From Candidatus Krumholzibacteriota bacterium (lineage in GTDB: Bacteria; Krumholzibacteriota; Krumholzibacteriia; JAJRXK01), in the NCBI GenBank assembly GCA_963727455.1, contig CAVSGG010000008.1:416001-480000 (forward strand): a stretch of DNA of 64,000 bases. The letters run 5' to 3'. Below, piece after piece: positions 29,334-39,328 of this stretch. The notes under the pieces are model-generated. The model was given only the letters and a program-made list of their open reading frames with translations. It was not told the origin of the DNA and did no database searches. The position numbers and the translations under genes are program-made. The number at the start of each line of letters is the position of its first letter. Position 1 is the stretch's first letter.

Positions 29334-31112
29334 GTGACGCAACTGGCGCGCGAAGAGAGCCCGGCTCCGATCTGGCGCTGGTCGTGGGGGCTCATCGCCC
29401 TCACCGCCCTCCTGGCCCATCTCCCCGCTCTGGGTGGCTACTTCTTCCAGGATGATTGGACGCGACTCGCAGCTCTCGTGCACGGGGGAGGCGCTGGACT
29501 CTGGGGTCCGCGGCCCCTCTCGCGGGTCGTGGGCTTCGAACTGGGCCTCGCCTTCTTCGGCCTGCGCGCCGCCGCGTGGCATGCGACCGCCCTCTGTGCC
29601 TGGGCCGCGGCCAGTGTGCTTACGCAGAAGCTCGGGCTACGGATGGGATTGCGTCCCTTCGCGGCCCTGGTGGCCGGCCTCATCACGGCCGCCACTCCCG
29701 TGGTGCTCTTGCCCGTCTTCTGGGCCAGCGCCTCGGCGGAGATCTTCGCGGTGCTCTTTGGCCTGCTCGCCCTTGGGGCTTGGCTCCATCCGCACCGGCT
29801 GGGGGGGATGGTCGCGGTTCTGGCCGGCCTGGCCTCCTTCTTTTGCAAGGAATCCCTCCTCGCTCTTCCCCTGCTCTTGATGCTGCTTCCGCGCACACTC
29901 CTCCCAAGCGAGGGGGCTTCGCGCGCGTGGCGGCGCTGGGCCCTCGTCGTGCTACTCGTGGGAGCCGCGACGGCGGGCGGCTTGGTGTGGAAGATCATGG
30001 CCCCGGCCACTCCTCACGATCCCTACGCCATGGGGGGACCCAGACTCTGGCTGATGAACTTGCTCGTACTGGGAGCATGGCTCATCTCTCCCGTCTCCTT
30101 CGCTCTTCTGGCCACACCCTCTCTGCCCTTCTTCGGAGCCCTGGTTTGGGCGGCATGGGTGGCCCTGGCCATCCGCCAGGCACGCGCGGGAAGGCGGCGC
30201 GAAAGTTGGTGGCTGCTCTTTGCGTTGGGAAGCCTGGCGCCCGTGCTGCCCCTGGCCCGTCACCTTCAGCCTTACTATTTGCTGGGCACCGTTCCCGCGT
30301 TTGCCTGGAGCGTTGGAGGCGCTCTAGATCTGCTGCAGGAACGCGCCCCCCTGCGGCCTCGCCTACAGCCGCTGCTCGCCGCTCTCCTTGCATTCGTGGC
30401 CCTGGGCGTGGGTTATGGCGCGAGTGCACGGCGTTTCGAGGCGCGGGACGCACGCGGCCAACTCGAAAACCCCCTCGCGCTTCGTAGCGCTCTGGCTTAT
30501 GAGGTCGCCGGCCTGGTGGGGAGTCTGCCTCTTCAACCCGGGGAGACCCTGGCCGTATTGGCCGCCACCGCGACCGAGTGGCCCAAGGAGATGCCGGTTC
30601 GAATGGCCCAGCGCCTCAATTCGAAGATCTACGTGGCCATCGATGGAGCGAAGGGTCTGAGCGTCATGGTGCCGCAAGGAGTTTCGGTCCGCTGGGATAG
30701 TCACCTCGACGGACTGCGCGCCGACAGCATGATTCTCTTCGACAATGGCGGGACGCATCTGCGCGTCTGGGGAAGAGTTCGCAATGCGCGCTTCTACTCG
30801 GCCCTGTTGGCGATGGCGGCACAACAATACCAACGCGCTCTGCACGATCTCTGGGTGGTGGGCGGAAAGGGAACGCAACTCGACTTCGTTTACCAGCCGG
30901 AGCTATTGCCAGTCGCCGGCAGTGCGATCGACGAGAACGCGAGCCCCTTCGTGCACTACATCTTGAGCCACGAGGATGACACGGCCCTGGCCCGTCGCCT
31001 GGTCCTTCTCTTCGAACAGCTCTACAAAGCGGTGCGCGGGAAGGAGCTGCACTGGGCAAGCGATCCGACGGGACACTCCTCGCCCGATCCTGCGGATTCC
31101 GACGGCCCCTAG
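29334..31112 (+). CDS. multi-TM membrane protein, GT-C-like
   Basis: FFQDDW after TM1, RPL, CKES, many TM helices and a soluble C-terminal domain. Confidence 0.65.
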   Translation: MTQLAREESPAPIWRWSWGLIALTALLAHLPALGGYFFQDDWTRLAALVHGGGAGLWGPRPLSRVVGFELGLAFFGLRAAAWHATALCAWAAASVLTQKLGLRMGLRPFAALVAGLITAATPVVLLPVFWASASAEIFAVLFGLLALGAWLHPHRLGGMVAVLAGLASFFCKESLLALPLLLMLLPRTLLPSEGASRAWRRWALVVLLVGAATAGGLVWKIMAPATPHDPYAMGGPRLWLMNLLVLGAWLISPVSFALLATPSLPFFGALVWAAWVALAIRQARAGRRRESWWLLFALGSLAPVLPLARHLQPYYLLGTVPAFAWSVGGALDLLQERAPLRPRLQPLLAALLAFVALGVGYGASARRFEARDARGQLENPLALRSALAYEVAGLVGSLPLQPGETLAVLAATATEWPKEMPVRMAQRLNSKIYVAIDGAKGLSVMVPQGVSVRWDSHLDGLRADSMILFDNGGTHLRVWGRVRNARFYSALLAMAAQQYQRALHDLWVVGGKGTQLDFVYQPELLPVAGSAIDENASPFVHYILSHEDDTALARRLVLLFEQLYKAVRGKELHWASDPTGHSSPDPADSDGP

Positions 31113-32047
31113 GGCCAATCCAAGGGGGGTGGCCAAACCACCGAACTCGGGCGCGTGCGACGCGGCACGAGTACCCGCAGGCCTCCCGGTTCGATTCGCG
31201 CGTGGAATTCTCTTCGGTCCCCCTGGTCATCCCCGTCGAGCTGGAGGGGGATGGGATGCTCGCAGCGTACGCTCACCTCCCGTCCTCGAAGGAGGGTGAG
31301 ACCACCGTGCGGGCGCGGCCGTGCGCCGAACGATGCAGCGGCCAGGGTCACGACCTGTTCGAAGGTCTGGGCCCGGATGATGGCCACATCCAGCATGCCG
31401 TCCTGTCCGTCCGCTTCGGGCGGAAAGATCCAGTTTCCCATCTGAGTTCCGAAGTTGGCGACCATGACCGAGGCGGCGGTGATTTCGTGTTCGGCATCAT
31501 CCACCGTAACGGTAAAAGCGTGGTGGTTGATGGGAAGGTGCCGGGCAGCGCTGATGACATAGGCGGACTTGCCCAAGACGTTTTTCAGTTCACGTCCGGC
31601 CTCGCGGATGAGATGGCCATCGAAACCGCCGCCGATGGCCAAGAGAAATGGCTCCTCGGCGCTGCGTCCGAGATCGACTCGCCGTGGGACCCCTTCTTTC
31701 ACGAGCCGCAGGGCCGAGCGCAGTCCCATCGGGATACCGAGCCGCAGCGCCATCACGTTTCCGGTTCCAGACGGAACGATGACCAGAGGACGAGAACTGT
31801 TTGCCAGAACGCGGGAGGCCCGCTGCAGGGTTCCGTCGCCGCCGATGACTACGACCGGTCCTTCGGACTGGTCCTCCTCGAGTATGCGGTCGGCGTCGAA
31901 CTCGATTTGGGTGGAACGCCATTCGTCCGGCAGTCCCTCCTCGCGCAGTACTTTTCGTAACCTGCTCTCGTCGATCCGTCGCAGATTTCCGCCCGCCGCG
32001 GGATTGAAGATGATGGTGGGCGCGGACTGGGGCAACTCAGGCTCCAT
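31109..32047 (-). CDS. diacylglycerol kinase family (YegS/DagK-like) lipid kinase
   Basis: IFNPAAG, GGDGT, PSGTGN, DGMLDV, QLDGD. Confidence 0.9.
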   Translation of the reverse strand: MEPELPQSAPTIIFNPAAGGNLRRIDESRLRKVLREEGLPDEWRSTQIEFDADRILEEDQSEGPVVVIGGDGTLQRASRVLANSSRPLVIVPSGTGNVMALRLGIPMGLRSALRLVKEGVPRRVDLGRSAEEPFLLAIGGGFDGHLIREAGRELKNVLGKSAYVISAARHLPINHHAFTVTVDDAEHEITAASVMVANFGTQMGNWIFPPEADGQDGMLDVAIIRAQTFEQVVTLAAASFGARPRPHGGLTLLRGREVSVRCEHPIPLQLDGDDQGDRREFHARIEPGGLRVLVPRRTRPSSVVWPPPLDWP

Positions 32048-32182
32048 GGTGTGTGTCCAGAGGGGTAGTCTGTGATCCTGCCAGTGTATCGGATGCGGCG
32101 GAAGGAGCAAGCGTCCGCTCTGCTTGCCCTGGTCCGTGGCGGCGGCTAGTATGCCCCTCGAGCCGCCCGCAAGAGGACCCGC

Positions 32183-33319
32183 ATGTCCAAACCCATCTCC
32201 GTTCTCCACCTCGACGACGCGCGCACCTGGCGAGGTGGTCAGCAGCAGGTGCTGTATCTCCATCGCGGACTTCTGGAGAAGGGCATCGACTCCACCGTGG
32301 TCACGCCCGAAGGCAGCGCACTGGCCCGGCGTTGTAGGCGAGAGGAACTTCCGTTGTGGACGCTCCCGCTACGGGGCATTCGTTCTCTTGGCTCGATCGG
32401 GAGACTCGCCAGCAAGGCCGAGAGCGAGAATGCCATTCTCCACAGTCACACCGCACACACGCATACCACCGCTCTCTTGTGCTGCTATCTCAAACCCCAG
32501 CTCAAGCTGGTCGTTTCCCGACGGGTCGACTTCGTGCCCTCCGCCACGCGTTTGAATCGCTGGAAATATCGCAACGCGCGGGTGGACCGCTATCTGGCGA
32601 TCAGTTCCGGGGTGGAGCGAGTCCTGCTCTCGAGCGGGGTGCCGAAGGAGCGCATTGCGAGAGTTCCTAGCGGTATCGATCTGGCGCGATTCGAAGACCT
32701 CTCCCCGGACCGCGCATGGCGCGAGAGCCTGGATCTTCCGCCGGGGCGCAAACTCGTGGGCAGCATCGCGGCGCTGGCTCCACACAAGGACCAGCCGACT
32801 CTGCTACGCGCCTTCGCGCGTTTGCTTCGCATGGGGATCGACGCGCAGCTCATCATCTTCGGTGAGGGCAGTGAGCGCGCGCGTCTCGAAGAGCTACGGG
32901 GGCAACTCGGACTCGCAGAACGAGTTCTTCTTCCGGGTTTCGTCGCGGAGCCCTTGCCTCGCGCGGCTTGCTTCGATCTCTTCGTGCTGAGTTCCGCCGA
33001 GGAAGGTTTGGGTACCGCGATCCTCGACGCGATGGCCATGCGACAAGCGGTGGTGGCGACGGCTGCCGGTGGCATTCCCGACGCGGTGGCGGACCGCGAG
33101 ACCGGCCGTCTCGTACCGCCCAAGGATGTGGAGGGGCTGGCCCAGGCGATGGCGGCCCTGCTGAGAGATCCCGAGCTTACGCGCCGCTATGGGCAAGCCG
33201 GCCGAAAGCGGGTTGAGGAACACTTCGAGGTCCACCGCACGGTGGAGCTGACCCTTTCGGCCTATCGGGATCTCGCGAAGCCCTCGCTTGCCGAGTCCCC
33301 GGCAAGTTCTCGATATTGA
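32183..33319 (+). CDS. GT4 family glycosyltransferase
   Basis: WRGGQQQ, SRRVDF, HKDQ, EEGLGTAILDAMA. Confidence 0.92.
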   Translation: MSKPISVLHLDDARTWRGGQQQVLYLHRGLLEKGIDSTVVTPEGSALARRCRREELPLWTLPLRGIRSLGSIGRLASKAESENAILHSHTAHTHTTALLCCYLKPQLKLVVSRRVDFVPSATRLNRWKYRNARVDRYLAISSGVERVLLSSGVPKERIARVPSGIDLARFEDLSPDRAWRESLDLPPGRKLVGSIAALAPHKDQPTLLRAFARLLRMGIDAQLIIFGEGSERARLEELRGQLGLAERVLLPGFVAEPLPRAACFDLFVLSSAEEGLGTAILDAMAMRQAVVATAAGGIPDAVADRETGRLVPPKDVEGLAQAMAALLRDPELTRRYGQAGRKRVEEHFEVHRTVELTLSAYRDLAKPSLAESPASSRY

Positions 33320-33325
33320 GGCTCC

Positions 33326-35443
33326 ATGGAATTCGAAACCCGAAGAGCCTCCTCCTCCGCCAACCATCCGCACTCCCTGCGCGGTGCGTTCGTCTTCGGT
33401 TTGCTGTGCGGCATCGTCGCGCTGCTCTTCGAACTGCGCGTTCGCGCGCAGGGTCTCGACTTTCTCCAGGATGGGATTTGGCTTCTCTCCGGGTCGATCC
33501 TGCATGGTGGAGGGGCGCTGTATCGTGAGATCGTCACGCGCGAGGGACCCTTCGACGCCGAAATTCTGCGCGCGGTTTTTTTCTTTTTGGGAGAGAAGGC
33601 GGCGGCTCTCGCCGTTCTGAAGGCCCTGGTCGATGCGTTCGCCGCGGCCCTCAGTTCGGCCTGGGCCTTCAAAGAGGGTAGAAGGGGCCTCGCCTGGCTC
33701 GCGCCCTTGGGAATCCTGACTCTGGCGCCATTTCCCCCGCGCTACCTCGTGCTCGGCGTGGCCGCCGCCCTCCTCACGGGGGCAATCACGCGAGCAAGGG
33801 CGGGAGAGTCGGCGCGGACGAGCTTCTCGACCCGCCTGCCCGTTCTCTTCTGCGCCAGCGGGTTCTTCCTGGCTCTCGCCACGCTGAGTGGCGTGGATGG
33901 ACTTCTTCTGGCCCTTCTCTTGGGAGGAGGAACTCTCAGCGCCCTTCCGCGCGAGACCCCGCCGCTTCGAGCTCGCGCCAGAGCCTGGCTCTGGCTCGGC
34001 GCCGCGATTCCTTTGATCGGAGTGCTACTCGGCGGCGTGTTGAAGGGCAATTTGCTGAAGGGCTTCGATCAAGTGCTGCTGGCGGGTTTCAGCGAATCGA
34101 TGCATCTGATCGCGAACTTCTCACCGGGAAAGTGGTGGCACGGGCTGTGGGATGCGCGCTTTGCACTTTCGCCCTTCAAGAGTTTGATGACCGGAGAGAG
34201 TCTGCACGAGTTGTTCCCCTCCGCTCCCATCTTGAGGGTGCTCTCTTTTCGGCTGCAAAATCTGCTGCTCTTCTTCGTTCTGGCGTGGGCCTGGTCGCGA
34301 CCCTCGTTTCGACGCGCGCGCATGCGCCCACTGATGATTCTCGCCACCGCTCCGCTCGTGGGAACGATCTTCCACGGCAATGCCATGTACTCTCACCGTG
34401 CCTGGCTCGCGGTCGCGATTCTCCTACCTCTTCTCTTGAGCGAGCTGCGAAAGCCGAGCCTTCGCGCCGGCGCAGCGGCGGGAGTCGTCCTTCTAGCCTG
34501 GTCGCTTCCCATCATGGAAAACACCTGGCTGGCCACGCATATGCAGCGCGAGGATCTCAGATGGTGGCATCGTCCACGCACCGGGATCGCGCTGGACACA
34601 CAGCAGGTAAGCAAGCTCGATGCGTTGTTTGCTCTCCTGAAAGCTGAGAGTGGCGACAAGCAAGAACCCCTCTTGGTCTGGCCCAAATCCCCCGCGATCA
34701 ACTTTCTGATGGATGCTCCGCTCGCGCTTCCTCAGGCGGTCCTTCTGCCCGGACGAGTCCGGCACGAAGAGCGGCTGGCTCCACAGCTTGAGCAATCGGC
34801 GCCGCGACACATCTTGCTCGGGCTTTCCTGGAACTACACCGGGGAACAGATCGAAGAGCTAGCTCCGGGATGCTGGGACTTCATGCGCCAAAACTACCGC
34901 GTTCTGGGAAGCGTGATTGGCCCCGATCTCAGGTTTCGCGTTCTTCAGCACCTAGGGCCCGACGAGAAGCTCGAGGAACTCACGCTTCCGCAACGTCTTC
35001 CCGACGTGGAACAGAGCGTGGGGAATGGGGTGAGTCCCGCCCTCCGGACGAAGTTCGAGATCGGCCAGAGCTTCCGCGTGGGTCCTCGCGATCTGGAAGG
35101 TTTCGCGGTGCGGTGGCGCACCGAGGCGGACTCCTTGACGGTGGGCCTGCGCATTCGCATCTGGAAGTGGGAGAAGAACGGGTGGAATCGGCTCATGGAG
35201 ACCTACGAGCTCGACGTGCCGATTCGCGGGAATTTGGATCGCAGCTTCCTCCGCTTCGGACCGGTGGAAGATTCGGCGGAACAGCTCGTGGCCGTCACCT
35301 TCGAGTTGAAGAAGGACCCCGGACCCGAGTTGCGCCTCGTCTGGCACGACGAGAAGAATGGGGCGCCGGACCTCTACCCCGAGGGCGCCGCTCTGGTCGA
35401 ACTCGAGCCACGAGACGCCGACTTGTACTTTTTCAGTTGGTAG
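33326..35443 (+). CDS. multi-TM membrane protein with large C-terminal soluble domain (GT-C-like)
   Basis: QDG...LYRE...GP first loop, about 10 hydrophobic segments, beta-rich tail. Confidence 0.6.
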   Translation: MEFETRRASSSANHPHSLRGAFVFGLLCGIVALLFELRVRAQGLDFLQDGIWLLSGSILHGGGALYREIVTREGPFDAEILRAVFFFLGEKAAALAVLKALVDAFAAALSSAWAFKEGRRGLAWLAPLGILTLAPFPPRYLVLGVAAALLTGAITRARAGESARTSFSTRLPVLFCASGFFLALATLSGVDGLLLALLLGGGTLSALPRETPPLRARARAWLWLGAAIPLIGVLLGGVLKGNLLKGFDQVLLAGFSESMHLIANFSPGKWWHGLWDARFALSPFKSLMTGESLHELFPSAPILRVLSFRLQNLLLFFVLAWAWSRPSFRRARMRPLMILATAPLVGTIFHGNAMYSHRAWLAVAILLPLLLSELRKPSLRAGAAAGVVLLAWSLPIMENTWLATHMQREDLRWWHRPRTGIALDTQQVSKLDALFALLKAESGDKQEPLLVWPKSPAINFLMDAPLALPQAVLLPGRVRHEERLAPQLEQSAPRHILLGLSWNYTGEQIEELAPGCWDFMRQNYRVLGSVIGPDLRFRVLQHLGPDEKLEELTLPQRLPDVEQSVGNGVSPALRTKFEIGQSFRVGPRDLEGFAVRWRTEADSLTVGLRIRIWKWEKNGWNRLMETYELDVPIRGNLDRSFLRFGPVEDSAEQLVAVTFELKKDPGPELRLVWHDEKNGAPDLYPEGAALVELEPRDADLYFFSW

Positions 35444-35482
35444 TTGGTCTCAGCTCACGGTAGGGAACTGCCGCGAGCATTC

Positions 35483-36487
35483 TCAGCCTTGCAGGTTTAC
35501 CGCACCCTCGGTGCGCCCTTCCCGGAGGAATTCGACGATCAGACGAGCCGCAGCGAGACCGACTTTCGTCTTGGCTTCGCGGGTGGAAGCTCCAAGGTGT
35601 GGAGTGTGAACGACCTGTTCCATGGACAGGAGGGGATGGCCGGTGGTCGGCGGCTCCTCTTCATAGACGTCCAGAGCGGCCCCCGCCAAATGTCCCGAAT
35701 GCAGTGCCTGGGTCAGGGCGGATTCCTCCACGAGACCGCCGCGCGCGCAATTCACCAGCAGCGCACCTTCTTGCATGAGCGCGATCTCTTTCGCGCCGAT
35801 GAGCCCGCGCGTATCCTCGCTGAGCGGAAGATGGAGCGTGACGATATCGGCACGGCGCAAAAGCTCGTGCAGCGGCAGTTTCGTGAATCCCTCTCTCTCC
35901 GCCCTCTCCTCGGTGAGGAAAGGATCGTGCGCCAGGATGTCCATTTCGAAGGCCTTGGCTCTCTGGGCCACGAGCGTTCCGATGCGGCCGACGCCGATTA
36001 CTCCCAGCTTCTTTTCCGCCAACTCGATACCCACGTAACGCTGGCGTTCCCATTCGCCCTTCGACAGCGCCACGTGCCCCAATACGAGCTTGCGCACCAG
36101 GGCCAAAAGTAGCGCGAAGGTCAGCTCGGCCGCCGCGACTGCGTTGCCACCCGGTGTATTGAAAACTACGATTCCGCGACGAGAGGCTTCTTCGAGATCG
36201 ATCTTGTCCAAGCCCACGCCGGCTCGTGCGATCGCGCGCAGAGCCGGGGCCGCGTCGAGGAGTTCGCGATCGACGCGCGTACCGCTACGCACCAGAATCG
36301 CACTGGCCTCACGCAAGGCCTCTTGGCGATCGCGCGGCGAGAACTTCGCGGCGTCGATCACCGACAGCCCTCTCTCGCGCAAGAACTCGAGTCCTTCCGC
36401 CGCAATGGAATCCATTGCCACCACGGGTCCGAAATTCCCATCCGAGCTTCCTTCGCCAGCTTGCGCTCCCGCGCCTCGCGCCTTCAT
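35483..36487 (-). CDS. serA: D-3-phosphoglycerate dehydrogenase-like 2-hydroxyacid dehydrogenase (no ACT domain)
   Basis: RAGVGLD, GVGRIG, NCARGG, DVYEEEP, TPHLGAST. ATGA overlap with the aminotransferase. Confidence 0.8.
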   Translation of the reverse strand: MKARGAGAQAGEGSSDGNFGPVVAMDSIAAEGLEFLRERGLSVIDAAKFSPRDRQEALREASAILVRSGTRVDRELLDAAPALRAIARAGVGLDKIDLEEASRRGIVVFNTPGGNAVAAAELTFALLLALVRKLVLGHVALSKGEWERQRYVGIELAEKKLGVIGVGRIGTLVAQRAKAFEMDILAHDPFLTEERAEREGFTKLPLHELLRRADIVTLHLPLSEDTRGLIGAKEIALMQEGALLVNCARGGLVEESALTQALHSGHLAGAALDVYEEEPPTTGHPLLSMEQVVHTPHLGASTREAKTKVGLAAARLIVEFLREGRTEGAVNLQG

Positions 36488-37578
36488 GAGCCACTCCGCA
36501 ACTTTTGCCACTCTTCGTCCAGCACGGTCAGACATTCCTCCAGAAGCTCTGGGTCGATCTCGCCCATGTGACCCACGCGGAACACCCGCGATTTGGTTTC
36601 ACCGTATCCGGCTCCCACCACGAACCCGCGTTCCCGGCAGGCCTGCAGCCACTTCGCTACATCCACCGAATCCAAAGCGAGCGCGGTGAGAGTGGGAGAA
36701 CGATAGCCCTCGCGCGCAAAGGGCGCGAAGCGGCCGGCGGCCCATGAGAGAACTCGATCTCTCATGGCGACATGGCGCTGGTAGCGGCGCTGCAGGCCCT
36801 CACTCTCCATATGTGCGAGTGCGGCACGAAGCTGAAAAAGCAGCGCGATGGGCGGAGTGTTGGGAGTCTGCCACGAGTCCATCTTGCGCCGGTGCAGACA
36901 CCAATCGAAGTACATGCCTTTGCCCCGCGCGGTCTCGCTCTCCTTCAATACGCGCTCGGAAACACTAACCAGCGTCAGACCCGGCGGAAGCGCCCAGGCC
37001 TTTTGCGTTCCCGCGAGGCAGAGATCCACTCCCCACTCGTCCAAGCGCAATTCGACCGCGGCCATGGAAGACACGGTATCGACCAGCAGGAGAGCATCGC
37101 TTTCCTCGCGCACGACTTTGGCAATTTCTTGCAGCGGGTTCAAAATGCCGGTCGAGGTCTCGTTGTGCACGAGCGTCACCGCACGATAGCGTCTGGTGCG
37201 CAACGCTCTCCGCACCTGTTCGGGTTCGACGGGCTCTCCCCACTCCACCACCATCTCGTCCCCTTCCACATCGCAGGCCGCGCGCAACTTCGACCAGCGC
37301 TTGGAGAAAGCCCCGCAAACTAGATGGAGCACCGGTCCCTCGACGAGATTACGGATGGCGCCTTCCATCGCTCCCGTGGCCGAGGAGCAGAGGGGAAAGA
37401 CCGAGCCCTCGGTGGCCAGAACTTTGGCGACCTTGCTCATCGTCTCCTTCAAGAGGACCGAAATTTCCGGGCCACGGTGACCGATCATGGGAAGCGTGCC
37501 CGCCTGGGCGACCTCCGGAAGTACTTCGGTCGGTCCGGGCAAGAACAGCAATGGATGGTCGCGACGGATCGAACTCAT
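36484..37578 (-). CDS. class V PLP aminotransferase (alanine-glyoxylate/serine-pyruvate family; may act as SerC)
   Basis: LPGPT, HNETSTG, VDTVSS, TQKAWALPPGL, FRVGHMG. Confidence 0.9.
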   Translation of the reverse strand: MSSIRRDHPLLFLPGPTEVLPEVAQAGTLPMIGHRGPEISVLLKETMSKVAKVLATEGSVFPLCSSATGAMEGAIRNLVEGPVLHLVCGAFSKRWSKLRAACDVEGDEMVVEWGEPVEPEQVRRALRTRRYRAVTLVHNETSTGILNPLQEIAKVVREESDALLLVDTVSSMAAVELRLDEWGVDLCLAGTQKAWALPPGLTLVSVSERVLKESETARGKGMYFDWCLHRRKMDSWQTPNTPPIALLFQLRAALAHMESEGLQRRYQRHVAMRDRVLSWAAGRFAPFAREGYRSPTLTALALDSVDVAKWLQACRERGFVVGAGYGETKSRVFRVGHMGEIDPELLEECLTVLDEEWQKLRSGS

Positions 37579-37579
37579 T

Positions 37580-38332
37580 TCAATTCCCCTTGTCTCGCAG
37601 AGTGGCAAGGGCGGCCGAAAGTCGCTTCTGCGTTTGCGGCCGGAACCAGAGACGAATCCACGCCTCGTCTTCCAGGTGCGCCGCGTTCATGGCGTCCAGA
37701 GTGGGCGCTTTCAATCGTGACTTGATCTCCGCGAAAGCGGTGAGTGAACTCGTCCAGCGTTCCACCGACAGAATCGAGTGATCGATGAGTTGTTTCGGTT
37801 CCACGAGTACGTCGAGAATCCCCATGTCGAAGGCCTTGAAGGCGGGATACACCATGCCCCCGTACATCAGTTTTTCCAGTAGGGGCCGATCGAGGGTGTA
37901 GCGTCCCATCTCGACCAGGCTGGGCGGCACCGCGAGGCCGAGCGCACTCTCGTTCAAGCCGAACTTGCCCTCTCCCTGCGCCATCACTCGCAGGTCGCAC
38001 GCGAGGGCCAAGAGTGCGCCCCCGGCTATCGCGTGGCCGTTGATGGCGGCGATGACGGGACGGGGAAAGGCGAAGAGCTGACGGCAGACTCCATAGAGCT
38101 GATGCAGCAAGCGGCGGATCGCCACTCGATCCAATTTCATCATCTGCTCCAGATCGAGGCCGGCGCAGAAAATGGAATCGGTGCCGGTGAGCACCAGGCC
38201 GCGCGGTAGATCGCGCCGGGCGGCGTCGAGTTGTTCTTGAATCGCGGCGAGAAACTCCAAGGAGAGCGCGTTCCCGTGACCACGCTCCATGCGGAGGATG
38301 CCAACCCCATCCCGTGTTTCGCAGGAAATCAT
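37580..38332 (-). CDS. enoyl-CoA hydratase/isomerase family protein
   Basis: FCAGLDL, AINGHAIAGG, GLNE. Confidence 0.9.
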   Translation of the reverse strand: MISCETRDGVGILRMERGHGNALSLEFLAAIQEQLDAARRDLPRGLVLTGTDSIFCAGLDLEQMMKLDRVAIRRLLHQLYGVCRQLFAFPRPVIAAINGHAIAGGALLALACDLRVMAQGEGKFGLNESALGLAVPPSLVEMGRYTLDRPLLEKLMYGGMVYPAFKAFDMGILDVLVEPKQLIDHSILSVERWTSSLTAFAEIKSRLKAPTLDAMNAAHLEDEAWIRLWFRPQTQKRLSAALATLRDKGN

Positions 38333-38395
38333 TTCTCTCCATCTGGAAGCGGCCGCGGGATATTCCAGGGCAACCCGGCGGCCAGGCGTAAAATC

Positions 38396-39217
38396 TTAGG
38401 CAAGCTCTCCGGGCTTTTTGCCCTCGCCACGCGTCAACGCATCGCGCGCTTGCAGGAGCTTGGCACGAGTGCGCTGTGAAAACCACTGATCGAGCCAGGA
38501 CTCAGCGGCCTCCGATGTGCTGCGAGCCAGACGCTCACCGGCCCGACGGAGCACGCTGGCCTTGGCCAAGCTGAAGCCCGCGAGAGAGGGGGAAGCCAAA
38601 CTTCGCGCGCAAGCCACGGCCTCCTGCTCCACTTCCTCCGCGGGTACGACCGTGTCCACGAGACCGCGCAGAAGTGCGTCCTGCGGCTCGTAGATGCGTC
38701 CCTCGTAGAGCAGTTCCTCGACGAGTCGCCGCGGCCATGCGTCGCGCAACACCTCGATGGCGATCTCGGGGTACGAGACCCCCAGGTGGATGCCGTGAAT
38801 ACCGAAACGACAGCCTCGATCGGCCAGGATACGCCGATCGCAACAAAGCGCCAGCAGGGCCCCACCCGCCAGGGCATGGCCAGCGACCGCCGCCACCACT
38901 GGAGCGGGGTGAAGATAACAGGCCGCAAGCGCCTCCTCAAACGCTCTCATCAGCCGCGCCATGCCCGTCCGATCCAGATCGATGGCAAACTCCAGATCGA
39001 GTCCGGTGCAGAAAGAGCGGCTTTCGGAGGCCAATACGATCGGTTTGGGATCTTCGGCCGCTCGGCGGAACGCGCGCGCCATTTCGTTGAGACTTTTCTC
39101 ATCGAGCGCGTTCCCACGGCCCCGATGGAGCTGCCATAGCTCTATCCCCTCGAACTCGCGAACTCTCAGCAGGCCGCGTTCCTCCCTCGCACTCTCTTCC
39201 GCGTGTCCACCGGCCAT
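38396..39217 (-). CDS. enoyl-CoA hydratase/isomerase family protein (second paralogue)
   Basis: FCTGLDL, AVAGHALAGG. ATG after GGAGG; the long upstream extension is antisense to the next gene. Confidence 0.85.
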   Translation of the reverse strand: MAGGHAEESAREERGLLRVREFEGIELWQLHRGRGNALDEKSLNEMARAFRRAAEDPKPIVLASESRSFCTGLDLEFAIDLDRTGMARLMRAFEEALAACYLHPAPVVAAVAGHALAGGALLALCCDRRILADRGCRFGIHGIHLGVSYPEIAIEVLRDAWPRRLVEELLYEGRIYEPQDALLRGLVDTVVPAEEVEQEAVACARSLASPSLAGFSLAKASVLRRAGERLARSTSEAAESWLDQWFSQRTRAKLLQARDALTRGEGKKPGELA

Positions 39218-39238
39218 CTGTGCCTGTTCCTCCACCGT

Positions 39239-39264
39239 GCAACCATTCGCTCCTGCGATGCGTC
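39239..39264 (+). promoter_or_regulatory. putative ECF sigma promoter
   Basis: GCAACC-N16-CGTC about 65 nt upstream of the DUF4097 gene. Confidence 0.4.
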
Positions 39265-39328
39265 CAACCCTGAGAACTAGAGCGGGCGAGTCCATGCTGC
39301 CCGCCCCCTCTTCCCCGGGAGATTTGGC

